A stretch of 64,000 nucleotides of DNA from Thermodesulfovibrionales bacterium (GCA_963753165.1 CAVWBP010000002.1:272301-336300), one strand, 5' to 3'; shown: positions 28,536 to 37,597, counted from the stretch's first letter. The notes: generated by a model from the sequence alone, not told the origin. Numbers and translations: made by a program.

Positions 28536-29464
28536 GAACCTCCCTGAGAACACCTTCGAGAATTCCATGTTCGCTCACTGTGCAAGAGGGAAAATGGAAT
28601 AAACGCATGGTATTAATTGTAAAGTGTAGCCCCGGTATAATCAAGTCTGCCCTCTCAGGCTCAAGCCCCGTGACTTTTTTTCTCTCTTCCAGCGGCAGGG
28701 AGATGAGGCTTCTGCTCATATCCTGCAGCCGTTCCAGGGGGATAGTGTGGAGATGGGTTCTCTCCCTTGCATAGGAACCGAGGCCGAGGTCTATGGAGGC
28801 GAGGGTAGAGAATGTCCCTGCAGTCCCTATGAATTTTGTGTGCTGAGTTACTGAATCACCCATTTTCATCTGGAGCCCCTTGAGAAGCGAGAGAATCTCA
28901 CTGTCCATGTCACTGATATCCTTCTGTACCGGAGGGTCGCTCCGGAGAAAACGTGCGGTGAGTTTTATCACGCCGACGGGCAGGCTTTGCATGAAGACAA
29001 CCCTATGATCACGGTATACAATACATTCTGTGCTTCCCCCGCCAATGTCAACAATAAATGCGGCATTCGGGGATTCAAAGTGCTGAGCCGGGAAAGGACG
29101 CAAGGACTCCTTTCAGGGTGAGTTCGGCCTCCTGTCTGCCGGTGATGACGTCTATCCTGATCCCGGTCTCTGCGAATGCCTTCCGGAGAAAAATACCGGC
29201 ATTCGATGCTTCACGGAGGGCGCTCGTTGCGACAGCCCTGACCTGTTCAACATGATGTTCTGCAAGAATCGAAGAAAATTCACCCAGGGCGGCCAGAGAA
29301 TCTTCCATGTTTTTTTCCTGCAGCCTTCCCGTCTCATTGACTCCGTCGCCCAGCCGGGTTATTCTTCTTCCGGCGTACACGTCGATGATCCTGTCCTCTC
29401 TGATTTCTGCGATCAGCAGCCTGAACGTGTTTGATCCGACATCAAGAGAAGCAATGAGCGCCAT
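28501..29464 (-). CDS. ppx: Ppx/GppA exopolyphosphatase, split by a +1 frameshift near 29080 (two track ORFs)
   Basis: ASLDVGSNTFRL, ATSALREA, EAELTLKG in one frame; DIGGGSTE, GTAGT, ERADLI, SEHGILEG in the other; extra T in a TTT run restores the frame. Confidence 0.85.
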
Positions 29465-29531
29465 TGTGTTATTATAGACCAGGCTGCCGGCAAACACTAT
29501 ACGCATGTAAGCCTTCAGTGAAGAGTTTAAT

Positions 29532-29561
29532 CCCCTCCTTTATAAGGAGGGGTTGGGGAGG
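29532..29561. repeat. Short GC-rich palindrome CCCCTCCTT-TAT-AAGGAGGGG plus TTGGGGAGG tail (REP-like)
   Basis: Perfect 9-bp inverted repeat in the ppx/rpsF divergent intergenic region. Confidence 0.45.
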
Positions 29562-29705
29562 TTTGAATATTTTTTCTGCCCATAACTGAATGGTTTCATA
29601 CCCATAGATATCGTAATTGATTTTATGTCCTGTTTTATGGTATATATATAAGATTTCCCGCCCTCTGATGAAGGGCTTATATTACTTGGCAAGGAGAATT
29701 TTCTG

Positions 29706-30062
29706 ATGAATATATATGAAAACATGGTTATTCTGAATGCGGCACTCTCAGATGAAGAAGCCGATACTGCGGTGACAAAGATCAAAGATCTTGTGGCCGG
29801 TCAGGGCGGGGAAGTGCTGAAAGTTGATGTATGGGGGAGGAAAAGGCTATCCTATGAAATTAAAAAGCAGAAAAAAGGTCTGTATATCCTGTTCTTTTAC
29901 AAGGCGCCCGCTCAGACCATCAGAAAACTGGATGAGCTTTTTAAGGTGACCGATTCGGTTCTGAAATACATGGTCCTGAAACTTGGGGCCAAACAGATCA
30001 AGGATCTCGAAAAGACCGAACCTTCTCCGGAACACGGTACAGAACAAAAGAGCGAAGGGTAG
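29706..30062 (+). CDS. rpsF: 30S ribosomal protein S6
   Basis: YENMVIL, WGRKRLSYEIKK, V.KYM.LK. Confidence 0.97.
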   Translation: MNIYENMVILNAALSDEEADTAVTKIKDLVAGQGGEVLKVDVWGRKRLSYEIKKQKKGLYILFFYKAPAQTIRKLDELFKVTDSVLKYMVLKLGAKQIKDLEKTEPSPEHGTEQKSEG

Positions 30063-30461
30063 ATGTATAATAAGATCATACTGATAGGCAATCTTACAAA
30101 AGATCCGGAACTGCGGTATACCCCGCAAGGCACACCGGTAGCAGTTTTGAGACTCGCGGTAAACCACAGATATAAACAAGCGGACGATATGAAACAGGAA
30201 ACAATGTTTATTGACAACGTTGTTTTCGGGAAGCAGGCGGAGACATGCAGCAAATACCTGAACAAGGGGAGTTCGGTGCTTGTTGAAGGAAGGCTGCAGG
30301 AGAGAAGATGGGAATCGAACGGACAACAGAAGAGCAAGTTTGAGGTTGTTGCACAGTCTGTCCGGTTCCTTTCAAAAAAGGGTGGTTCGCAGGAGTCCGG
30401 GTTCAGCAGCGATGACGACATCGGGCCGCCTGAGGAGACAACCGACCTCGAGCCATTTTAA
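30063..30461 (+). CDS. ssb: Single-stranded DNA-binding protein
   Basis: NKIILIGNLTKDPELRYTPQG, acidic tail ending in EPF. Confidence 0.97.
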   Translation: MYNKIILIGNLTKDPELRYTPQGTPVAVLRLAVNHRYKQADDMKQETMFIDNVVFGKQAETCSKYLNKGSSVLVEGRLQERRWESNGQQKSKFEVVAQSVRFLSKKGGSQESGFSSDDDIGPPEETTDLEPF

Positions 30462-30505
30462 TGAGAAGTTTTACTAGAGAATCCCGATAGGAGAAAGGAG
30501 TTGCC

Positions 30506-30730
30506 TTGCAACAGAGAAGATTCCAGAGAAGGAAGTTCTGCAGGTTCTGTTCTGAAAAAGTAGAGTACATAGATTATAAGAATATCAAGATGCTCAGAAG
30601 CTATATCACCGAGAGAGGCAAGGTTTTCCCGAGAAGGATGACCGGCACCTGTGCAAAGCATCAGAGAGAACTCTCCGAGGCGATAAAAAGGGCGCGGAGC
30701 ATAGCTCTTATTGCCTTTTCGGAAAAATAG
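30506..30730 (+). CDS. rpsR: 30S ribosomal protein S18
   Basis: CRFC...IDYK, ITERGK..PRR.TG.CAKHQR...AIKRAR. Confidence 0.97.
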   Translation: MQQRRFQRRKFCRFCSEKVEYIDYKNIKMLRSYITERGKVFPRRMTGTCAKHQRELSEAIKRARSIALIAFSEK

Positions 30731-30733
30731 GAC

Positions 30734-31015
30734 ATGAGGATCCCGAAGACATGGGTTCCTCTCCTCGCAAAGAAAATCATAGAGAATCTCATTGCAAAGA
30801 ACCTCATCAGCACTGCGGTTCCTTCTGAAAAAGTTCTTTCTGAAGCTGAGGAATTAATCCTGCATGAGCTTGCCCTGGAAGACAGGCTGAATGACGAGGT
30901 GCGGGAGTTGTTAAAAAGTCATACCTCAGAAATAGAAAGAGGCCGGATCGACTACAGGAGGCTCTTTGATCTCACGAAACAAAAACTCGTAAAGGAAAGA
31001 AATCTCGTCTTATGA
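30734..31015 (+). CDS. DUF507 family protein
   Basis: MRI...W...LA..I...L, ED.LNDEVRELL, LF...K.KL.KER pattern. Confidence 0.75.
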   Translation: MRIPKTWVPLLAKKIIENLIAKNLISTAVPSEKVLSEAEELILHELALEDRLNDEVRELLKSHTSEIERGRIDYRRLFDLTKQKLVKERNLVL

Positions 31016-31296
31016 TGCTCTCCGACGACAAGATTTCACACCTGTCCCATGTGCTTTTAAAGGGCCTCGTGGAGAGAAAGCTCGTCCAGGTTGAAGAAGA
31101 TGAGGGAAAAGTAAGAACCGAGATCAAAAGGACGATCGTCTCCGAACTGAAAGTGGGAGAAGTGATAGACGCGGTCGTCAGAAAGAAACTCCAGTCATTT
31201 TCGAAAAAGATGGTCGAGGGAAGCCCCGAGTGGGAAATCCTGTACAAAAAATTCTACAGGGAAGAGGAGATAAAAAAAGGCAGGGCTTCCGGATAA
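31012..31296 (+). CDS. DUF507 family protein (second paralog)
   Basis: M.LSDDKISHLSH, VR.K..S....EGSPEWEILY.K.Y.EE pattern. Confidence 0.75.
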   Translation: MMLSDDKISHLSHVLLKGLVERKLVQVEEDEGKVRTEIKRTIVSELKVGEVIDAVVRKKLQSFSKKMVEGSPEWEILYKKFYREEEIKKGRASG

Positions 31297-33251
31297 AGGA
31301 CGCACTCCCCTTTGTTTTTCTCTTTCTCACCTATCTCGGCCTGCTCCTTGAATTTCCGACTGAAAGAACGGTCCTCTGGTTTTCCGTATGGACAGCGAAT
31401 ACCCTCCTCTGCAGTTTCTTTCACTTTTTCAGGAAGACACGGCAGTATGCTCTTGAATTTGTTTTTTCTCTTGCCCTCCTGATCGCAGGGGCTGCGCAGG
31501 CATCCGGACTGCCGTGGCTGAAAATACTCTATTTCCCTTTTTTCCTGCTCCTCACCATTTGGTATGACCGGCGGGTTCTGTTTTCTTTGGTGGTCCTTGT
31601 CCCTTTCCTTGATCTGAACCTCTTCCTCAAAAAGGGTATTGAGGTCCAGGAAGCGGCTTTCTTCTCATCCCTTGCCCTCACGACGGTTATAACGCAAATT
31701 CTTGTGAAGAAAATAAAGAGGAAAGCAGGATATGAGAGGAACAGCAGCAGAGGCGCGGCAGGCAGTCTTCCTGAGACTGGCACAGAAATGTTCCCGGAAG
31801 AGACGGTTATTTCCCAGTATCTGGAATCGATGTTCAGACCGGATGAAGAAATACAGGAAGTCATCGGGATAACGAAAAACACTCTGGTCGCAGATTCGGT
31901 CCACCTCTTTCTGAATATCGACGGGAGTTTCCGGCTGAGGGGTTCCACCGAAGAAGCCGGCGGAATCATCCCGTCCAACAAAGGTATCGTGCCGGTATCT
32001 TTCGAAGAGAAAAAACCGGCGCTTTTCCTGGACATTGTTGAAAAGAAACGGGAAGTCGGATATCTGAAAAAGGAAAAGATTGCTTCTCTCCTCGCAGTGC
32101 CTGTGCTGGACGGGAATTTCGCATTCGGAGTCCTGGTTGCCGACAGCGGCCGGTTCCAGGCCTTCAACAGCGCTGACCTGGAAATCCTTCAGACCTATGC
32201 AAACCAGATCGTGAGAATACTCCAGCGAGAGCGGGTGTATCGCCAGATACAGCGTTCGTTCTCCAATCTTAAGGTGTTGAATGAGGAGAGTGCGAAACTG
32301 CTCTCCTCACTGAAAATTGAAGTCATTGCCCGCAATCTGATCGAAGGTATTTACAAAATCGCACCCTGTGCAATAGTATTCTGCCTTTCAAGGGGAAGGG
32401 AGTTCGAGATCATCAGCCAGCAGGGACTCCCGGCCCAGGAGAAACAGTCGTTTGGTCTGAAAGGCACCCTCCTTGATATGGCGGTAAAAAATTCCGACCC
32501 TCTCTATATCTCCGATGTAAGATCGTATCGGTCACCAATACTTCCTTTTAAGACGGATGCCGCCGGTTCTCTCGTTATTTTGCCGATGTTTTATGAGAAG
32601 GAGGTGCTTGGCATCCTCACGCTGATTTCGAAAGAAACGACTGCGTTCAGCACCTCGCAAATAGAATTCATCAAGCTCCTTGCCAATCAGGCATCAACCT
32701 CCATTACGAATGCCAAATTTCATGAAGAGCTTGAAAAACTGGCGATTACCGACGGCCTGACGGGTCTTTTCAACCACCGGCATTTTCAGGAGAAACTTTC
32801 CCAGGAATTCAACCGTCTGGGGAGATTCTCTGACCCGCTTTCACTGCTCCTCATTGATATCGACCATTTTAAAAAGGTCAACGATACCTATGGACATCCG
32901 GCAGGAGATGCAGTGCTGAAAAAAGTTGCCGGGATTATCGGAAAAACGATACGGAATATCGACCTTCCTGCACGGTATGGCGGTGAGGAGTTTGCCTTAA
33001 TCCTCCCCGGCACAGATTCTTCAGGAGCGATGAATATGGCTGAAAGACTGCGCAAGGCGATTATGGCTGCGAGCTTCTCCTCAGAGCAGGAGAGATTCAC
33101 GATAACGGTCAGTACTGGAATTTCGACGAATGCTCAGGGTGTTACAGAGGTAGAGAACAAGGAGCAGCTGATTGAGCGCGCGGATAAAGCGCTCTATGAA
33201 GCGAAAAGAACGGGAAGGAACAGAAGTGTGCCCTGGAATGAGGGGACATAG
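31230..33251 (+). CDS. Membrane-anchored GAF-GAF-GGDEF diguanylate cyclase (true start probably nearer 31300)
   Basis: About 5 N-terminal TMs, two GAF-like regions, DGLTGLFNHR, DIDHFKKVNDTYGHPAGD, RxxD I-site and GGEEF. Confidence 0.9.
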   Translation: MGNPVQKILQGRGDKKRQGFRIKDALPFVFLFLTYLGLLLEFPTERTVLWFSVWTANTLLCSFFHFFRKTRQYALEFVFSLALLIAGAAQASGLPWLKILYFPFFLLLTIWYDRRVLFSLVVLVPFLDLNLFLKKGIEVQEAAFFSSLALTTVITQILVKKIKRKAGYERNSSRGAAGSLPETGTEMFPEETVISQYLESMFRPDEEIQEVIGITKNTLVADSVHLFLNIDGSFRLRGSTEEAGGIIPSNKGIVPVSFEEKKPALFLDIVEKKREVGYLKKEKIASLLAVPVLDGNFAFGVLVADSGRFQAFNSADLEILQTYANQIVRILQRERVYRQIQRSFSNLKVLNEESAKLLSSLKIEVIARNLIEGIYKIAPCAIVFCLSRGREFEIISQQGLPAQEKQSFGLKGTLLDMAVKNSDPLYISDVRSYRSPILPFKTDAAGSLVILPMFYEKEVLGILTLISKETTAFSTSQIEFIKLLANQASTSITNAKFHEELEKLAITDGLTGLFNHRHFQEKLSQEFNRLGRFSDPLSLLLIDIDHFKKVNDTYGHPAGDAVLKKVAGIIGKTIRNIDLPARYGGEEFALILPGTDSSGAMNMAERLRKAIMAASFSSEQERFTITVSTGISTNAQGVTEVENKEQLIERADKALYEAKRTGRNRSVPWNEGT

Positions 33252-33409
33252 GAAAGCTCGACTGAGCATTCCAGCCACTCTTCTATGGTCAACACCAGAG
33301 AATCTCGTGCAAGCGGTGATGGTTTCGAGAGAAAATAATTGCCGGATAAACCGCTATGAACAAGGCACCCAGCGCGTGGAAAACTGCAGAGTAACGTTGA
33401 GGTTCAGTC

Positions 33410-33973
33410 TTAGAAATCCAGTGGGCTTTTTGCCTCTTTAGGGAAATAAACAGGGAGATGATAATTGAGGAACTCTGAGCCATTGTCAGAGTCGAATCCG
33501 AGCAAGGGGAAAGGGAGAGATACCTCAATGTCTTCGATCTGCTTTAAGACATCTGTTTCCCCTTTGCCCCATACCGCCCTTTGCTCAGTCCATCCCGTAG
33601 CGATGTCTACGCCGTCTATGGTGAAAGCAAACATACCTGCCATAGAGGTCCCACAATGAGCTACCGTATCAGCTTCCAGAAATCCGGGACGGGATTCATC
33701 CCACTGGTTTGTCTTTATCGGAATCTGTTTTCTTAAGAGAGTTCCCGGCTTTGTTGTAGATCTGCCCCGTCCTTTATATTGCACCCTGACCGGTTTCAGG
33801 AGCCTGTCCATGGTAGCAGGCGACATATCAATGAGTGCTTCGGTGACTTCTGCGGAAAGATCTCCATATTCCTGCACATACCCCGGTAACCATAACGGTA
33901 ATACTACTTTCAATCTCTTTGAGCAAGGAAGATTTGCAGTCAACCAGATCTTCTTCGCATTGAATTTCTGCAT
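33410..33973 (-). mobile_element. IS transposase fragment (integrase-core/rve type), truncated at both ends
   Basis: MSPATMDRLL, TTKPGTLL, PGFLEADTVAHCG, D.ATGWTE, FDSDNGSEFLN motifs; abrupt end. Confidence 0.8.
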
Positions 33974-34024
33974 TAAATGAAAAAGGCCTTGTAAATATCG
34001 TCAATTCAGAGCCATAAAACCCAC

Positions 34025-34044
34025 AGGGACACATCCCACATTAA
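34025..34044 (+). repeat. REP-like left end AGGGACACATCCCACATTAA
   Basis: GGGA-CACA-TCCC mini-hairpin; inverted copy at 34753-34765; identical direct copy at 35814-35833. Confidence 0.8.
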
Positions 34045-34079
34045 TTGACTTTTCAACAATGGTTCGCTAAAATTGCTGC

Positions 34080-34749
34080 ATGCCGAGAATTGCACGAGCA
34101 GTTGCCGCCTCTTTCCCCCATCATGTTATTCAGAGAGGGAATAATAAGGAAGTTGTCTTTATTGAGAAAGAAGACCGGGAGAAATACCTCAAATTACTGA
34201 AGAAATACTCGGATAAATGGAAAAGCCCTGTTTTAGCTTATTGCCTCATGACAAACCATGTGCACCTTTTGTAAAACCGAAGGAGAACGATTCGCTCTAT
34301 AAAATGATGCAGGGCGTTACCCTGTGCTATACCCAATTTGTGAACAGACGCTATGAGCGCACGGGAAGACTGTGGGAAAGCAGATATCACTCCTGCGTTG
34401 TGGATAAGGGCAGCTTTGGGCAGTAGCCGGGTACATAGAGACTAACCCTGTGCGTGCCGGTATGGTGAAAAAGGCAGAAGACTATGATTACTCAAATGCC
34501 CGATCTCATATAATTGGGGGCAACAATGATGTCATTAATGAGGAATTATTTGAAAAAGCGCAAAGAAAAGATTACCGAGCGTTCATCAACGCTATTGTAT
34601 CTGAAACAGAAATCAAAGCAATACAATATCACACAAAGACCGGAAGGCCATTAGGGAGTGAGCAGTTTGTAAAGAAAATGGAAAGAAAAATTGGAAGGGA
34701 CTTTTCCCTCAAAAAACCCGGCAGACCAAGGCAACAGAAGATAGAATAA
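34080..34749 (+). pseudogene. RAYT / IS200-like Y1 (HUH) transposase with two frameshifts
   Basis: MPRIAR...PHHVIQRGNN, AYCLMTNHVHLL (HUH), GRLWESRYHS, YIETNPVRAGMV, T.TGRPLGSEQF, PGRP across three frames. Confidence 0.88.
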
Positions 34750-34752
34750 TTG

Positions 34753-34765
34753 GGGATGTGTCCCT
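34753..34765 (-). repeat. REP-like right end (GGGATGTGTCCCT)
   Basis: Reverse complement of the left-end core, 3 nt after the transposase stop. Confidence 0.8.
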
Positions 34766-34779
34766 ATATATTTCAAGTT

Positions 34780-34896
34780 TTTGAAGCGCCCCGTCGGGCA
34801 TATTTTCGGATCACAGATCGCGGACTTGATCTTCTTAAAAAGGGCTATGAACGTATGGACGTAAAAATCCTAAATCAATATTCAGAACAATCTTGA
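34780..34896 (+). pseudogene. Fragment resembling the Mrr restriction protein N-terminal domain
   Basis: Manual translation FEAPRRAYFRITDRGLDLLKKGYERMDVKILNQYSEQS*; no start codon. Confidence 0.6.
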
Positions 34897-34970
34897 ACAA
34901 TACTGCGGAACGAACATAGCAGATAAATATTCCTTGTATTATTAGATTTGATAAGTTATCAGATTTAATA

Positions 34971-35243
34971 ATGAGGCACATAAAAGAACACCGTGATAAA
35001 GCCAAACAGTGTCTTAAGTTGCCGCCAACTATCGTCAGAAAAATATGAACTTTGGAAAAACATTGTTTTTCGGCATGGCCCTGAAAAGATGAAAGAATTC
35101 CCTGATTTCACGATGAACAGATAAAAGGAGAGCGCAAGGGGCAGCGTTCGTCACGTTTGAGCGATCAGTACAGGGTTATATACAAAGTGGAGAGAGAGAT
35201 CGATACAGTTTCAGTTATGGAAATAACGCCCCATAAATATTAG
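34971..35243 (+). pseudogene. RelE/YoeB-type toxin gene with a 1-nt deletion near 35104
   Basis: MRHIKEH...YELWKNIVFRHGP then, after shifting frame, FHDEQIKGERKGQRSSRLSDQYRVIY...ITPHKY*. Confidence 0.7.
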
Positions 35244-35264
35244 GAGGATCAAAGGAAATCTCGG

Positions 35265-35495
35265 CCATATCGATTTTTCTTTTATAGTTTTGATTGTAAT
35301 GAGCAAATGCATGTGCATGTTCAAAGAGAGAATATGCTTTGCAAATTCTGGATGAACCCTGTTACATTGACGAAAAACAAAGGTTTTGCGCCAAAAGAAC
35401 TCAATACGATAAGGGAAAAGATTATAAACAACAGAGACAAAATAATGGAGGCATGGCATGAGCACTGCGGCGAAACTGCAAGAAGTAAGAATTAA
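35265..35495 (+). CDS. DUF4160 family protein, 5'-truncated (putative TA partner of DUF2442)
   Basis: PYRFFFYSFDCNEQMHVHV...CKFW...EAW.EH; no upstream start in frame. Confidence 0.7.
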   Translation, partial: PYRFFFYSFDCNEQMHVHVQRENMLCKFWMNPVTLTKNKGFAPKELNTIREKIINNRDKIMEAWHEHCGETARSKN

Positions 35496-35781
35496 AGAAA
35501 TAAAAGTTACTGAGGACACAATTACAGCCCAGCTTATTGACGGTCGCATAATCAGTGTTCCACTTGTATGGTCATGGCGGTTGTCCGAGGCCACTCCTAA
35601 ACAGCGTGCAAATTACAGAATAATAGGAGACGGCGACGGTGTGCATTGGCCGGACCTTGACGAAGATATTAGTGCAGAGGGGATGCTTTATGGAATGCCT
35701 GCTCCACGACCTCACAGACATACTCAAAATCAAAGTAGTACGAAAAGGCCAACAAAGGCATCGAGAGGGACGCGGGGATAG
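35458..35781 (+). CDS. DUF2442 family protein
   Basis: DGRIISVPL.WSWRL..AT..QR.N...GDGDGVHWPDLDEDIS..GML. Confidence 0.88.
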   Translation: MSTAAKLQEVRIKEIKVTEDTITAQLIDGRIISVPLVWSWRLSEATPKQRANYRIIGDGDGVHWPDLDEDISAEGMLYGMPAPRPHRHTQNQSSTKRPTKASRGTRG

Positions 35782-35806
35782 CCGTCTTTCTTTTTCGCTT
35801 TCGGAT
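35747..35806 (+). other. Left half of an attC-like site, interrupted by the REP copy
   Basis: GGCCAAC-AAAGGCATCGAGAGGGACGCGGGG resembles attC R''/L''; right arm absent; TTAGCG resumes at 35836. Confidence 0.4.
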
Positions 35807-35813
35807 TAAAACA

Positions 35814-35833
35814 AGGGACACATCCCACATTAA
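35814..35833 (+). repeat. Solo REP-like copy AGGGACACATCCCACATTAA
   Basis: 20/20 identical to 34025-34044. Confidence 0.85.
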
Positions 35834-35843
35834 ATTTAGCGTC

Positions 35844-35872
35844 TTGACGCTTTGCCGTCATAATGGTATATT
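35844..35872 (+). promoter_or_regulatory. Sigma70 promoter TTGACG-17-TATATT with TGACG-N6-CGTCA operator; probably leaderless transcript
   Basis: ATG at 35879 lies 6 nt after the -10; no SD. Confidence 0.65.
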
Positions 35873-35878
35873 AGAGCC

Positions 35879-36112
35879 ATGAAAACAGTAGCCAAGAAAT
35901 CAACAATTTATTTTGATCCCCAGATCCATAAAGCCCTTCGTCTAAAAGCCGCTGAAACCGATAGTTCCATCTCTGATATTGTCAATGAAGCGATCCGGAT
36001 CGTCTTCGCGGAAGATGCGGAAGAAATCGCTGCATTTTCAGAAAGAGCACATGAGCCCAACCTGTCTTTTGAGGAAGTGCTCAAAGATCTGAAGAGGCGT
36101 GGCAAAATATAA
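35879..36112 (+). CDS. CopG/RHH-type antitoxin
   Basis: KSTIYFDPQIHKALRLKAAET..SISDIVNEA, EDAEE..AF.ER..EP..SFEEVLKDL. Confidence 0.85.
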   Translation: MKTVAKKSTIYFDPQIHKALRLKAAETDSSISDIVNEAIRIVFAEDAEEIAAFSERAHEPNLSFEEVLKDLKRRGKI

Positions 36113-36356
36113 CATCCTTATTAAACCGTCCGCAGTTAAAGAAATTGAGAACATTCCACGAAAATATCGCCTACGGATAATTCAAAGGATTAAGGGATTA
36201 GCAACCAACCCACGGCCCCAGGGATGTGAAAAGCTTACCGGAGAAAACAGATATAGAATTCGTCACGGAGTTTACAGGATAGTCTATTCAGTTTCCGACA
36301 GGGAATTGCATATTATAGTTGTTAAAGTTGGACATAGACGAGATGTATACAAATGA
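36099..36356 (+). CDS. RelE/ParE family toxin
   Basis: PRPQGCEKLTG..RYRIRHG.YRIVY, VKVGHRRDVY. Confidence 0.92.
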   Translation: MAKYNILIKPSAVKEIENIPRKYRLRIIQRIKGLATNPRPQGCEKLTGENRYRIRHGVYRIVYSVSDRELHIIVVKVGHRRDVYK

Positions 36357-36359
36357 AAC

Positions 36360-36447
36360 CCATAACGAATTACTCAAGCCGACCCGGGATAACGCTGATT
36401 TGGGCTGGCAAAGCTTTGTGGCCGGGCGGCTTGCCTTTGCGTTGAAG
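36360..36447 (+). other. attC-like integron recombination site (88 bp)
   Basis: CCATAAC ... CAAGCCG(A)CCCGG ... CCGGGCGGCTTG ... GTTGAAG, with one extrahelical base; begins 3 nt after the relE stop. Confidence 0.6.
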
Positions 36448-36620
36448 CTGAGGAAAAATATGCCCTGGCAACGACTATTATGTGCATAAAATAGACGGGG
36501 TTTTTAAAGTAAGGACACCGCCATTATTCAGGCCTTAATCAGGTTTCTGCTAAACGGTCTCCTTTGATGTCTCGTGGCAAGGATTCTGATTGGTATATGG
36601 AAAAAACCTGTTGGGGTGAC

Positions 36621-37166
36621 TTACAAGGCCATGAGGACCATTATCATCTGGCGGCCTTCCATCTTCGGCGGTATTTCGACTTTTGCAATATCCTTCAGAT
36701 CCAGTGACAGCTTGTTCAGCAGGTCCGCCCCCAGTTCCTGACGGTTCAGTTCCCGCCCTCTGAAGCGGATTGTCACTTTGACCTTATCACCATGTTCGAT
36801 AAAACTCCTTACATTCCTCTTTTTGAACTCATAATCGTGGGTGCCTATCAAAGGGCGCATCCTGATGTTTTTGAGGGTGAGCGTTGCCTGTTTTTTCTTT
36901 GATTTCTGGAGTTTTTTGTTCTTATCGAACTTGAACTTCTGGTAGTCCATGATCTTGCAGACCGGCGGGTCGGCATCCGGGCTGATTTCTACAAGATCCA
37001 GTTCTTGTTCCTCGGCCATCTTCAGCGCCGCCTCAATGTCCATGACGCCTATTTGTCCCTCATCGCCAACTACCCGAATCTGCTTGGCTTTAATCAGCCG
37101 AATCTGTTTGTTTACGCGTGTTTTATCAACAACCCTTACTGGAAATGCTTTTCGTCGATTAACTAT
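36621..37166 (-). CDS. infC: Translation initiation factor IF-3 with non-canonical ATA start
   Basis: DLVEISP.ADPPVCKIMDY.KFKF, HDYEFK, GDKVKVTIRFRGRE, PKMEGRQM; 41 in-frame codons upstream of the track ATG back to ATA at 37166, preceded by AAGGAG. Confidence 0.9.
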   Translation of the reverse strand: MVNRRKAFPVRVVDKTRVNKQIRLIKAKQIRVVGDEGQIGVMDIEAALKMAEEQELDLVEISPDADPPVCKIMDYQKFKFDKNKKLQKSKKKQATLTLKNIRMRPLIGTHDYEFKKRNVRSFIEHGDKVKVTIRFRGRELNRQELGADLLNKLSLDLKDIAKVEIPPKMEGRQMIMVLMAL

Positions 37167-37581
37167 TGTCTTTTTCTCCTTTTTCCTTCGAAATTCCTTG
37201 AGGATTCGTATTATATTTTATGGTGATCTTATAATCAATACGTGCATGCTGGGAGGGACGGTCGCTGATTTTTCCCTTGCAGGAAAGTTCTCCCTTTCCC
37301 GATTTTTCATGTTTTTTAACCATATGGGTAATCACTGCGGTGAGATCAAACCCGCCCTCCATACAGTCTTTGATCATGCAATCCATGTTGAAATATGCAT
37401 GGCGCGAGGGCCAGAAATTGACAGTACGGATCATGGAAGCCTGATTGAAACCCTTCATATAATATATCATCTCGATTTTTATGTCTGTTACATCAGGAAA
37501 GCATTCAGAAACCAAACCGGATTCAAGTCTGTGCTGCTTGTTCAGTTCCATTTTTTCCAGATAGTTCTGCTTGTGTGCCAT
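37159..37581 (-). CDS. Hypothetical protein (140 aa, Cys/His-containing)
   Basis: Intact ORF with GAGG RBS between csp and infC; overlaps the infC start by 8 nt. Confidence 0.7.
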   Translation of the reverse strand: MAHKQNYLEKMELNKQHRLESGLVSECFPDVTDIKIEMIYYMKGFNQASMIRTVNFWPSRHAYFNMDCMIKDCMEGGFDLTAVITHMVKKHEKSGKGELSCKGKISDRPSQHARIDYKITIKYNTNPQGISKEKGEKDNS

Positions 37582-37597
37582 TGTACCTCAAAAGAGA

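Noticed and set aside
29656-29700. S6:S18 leader RNA before rpsF
   Set aside because: A GCCCT/AGGGC hairpin and a CCC are present, but I could not establish the full consensus by eye; needs an Rfam search.
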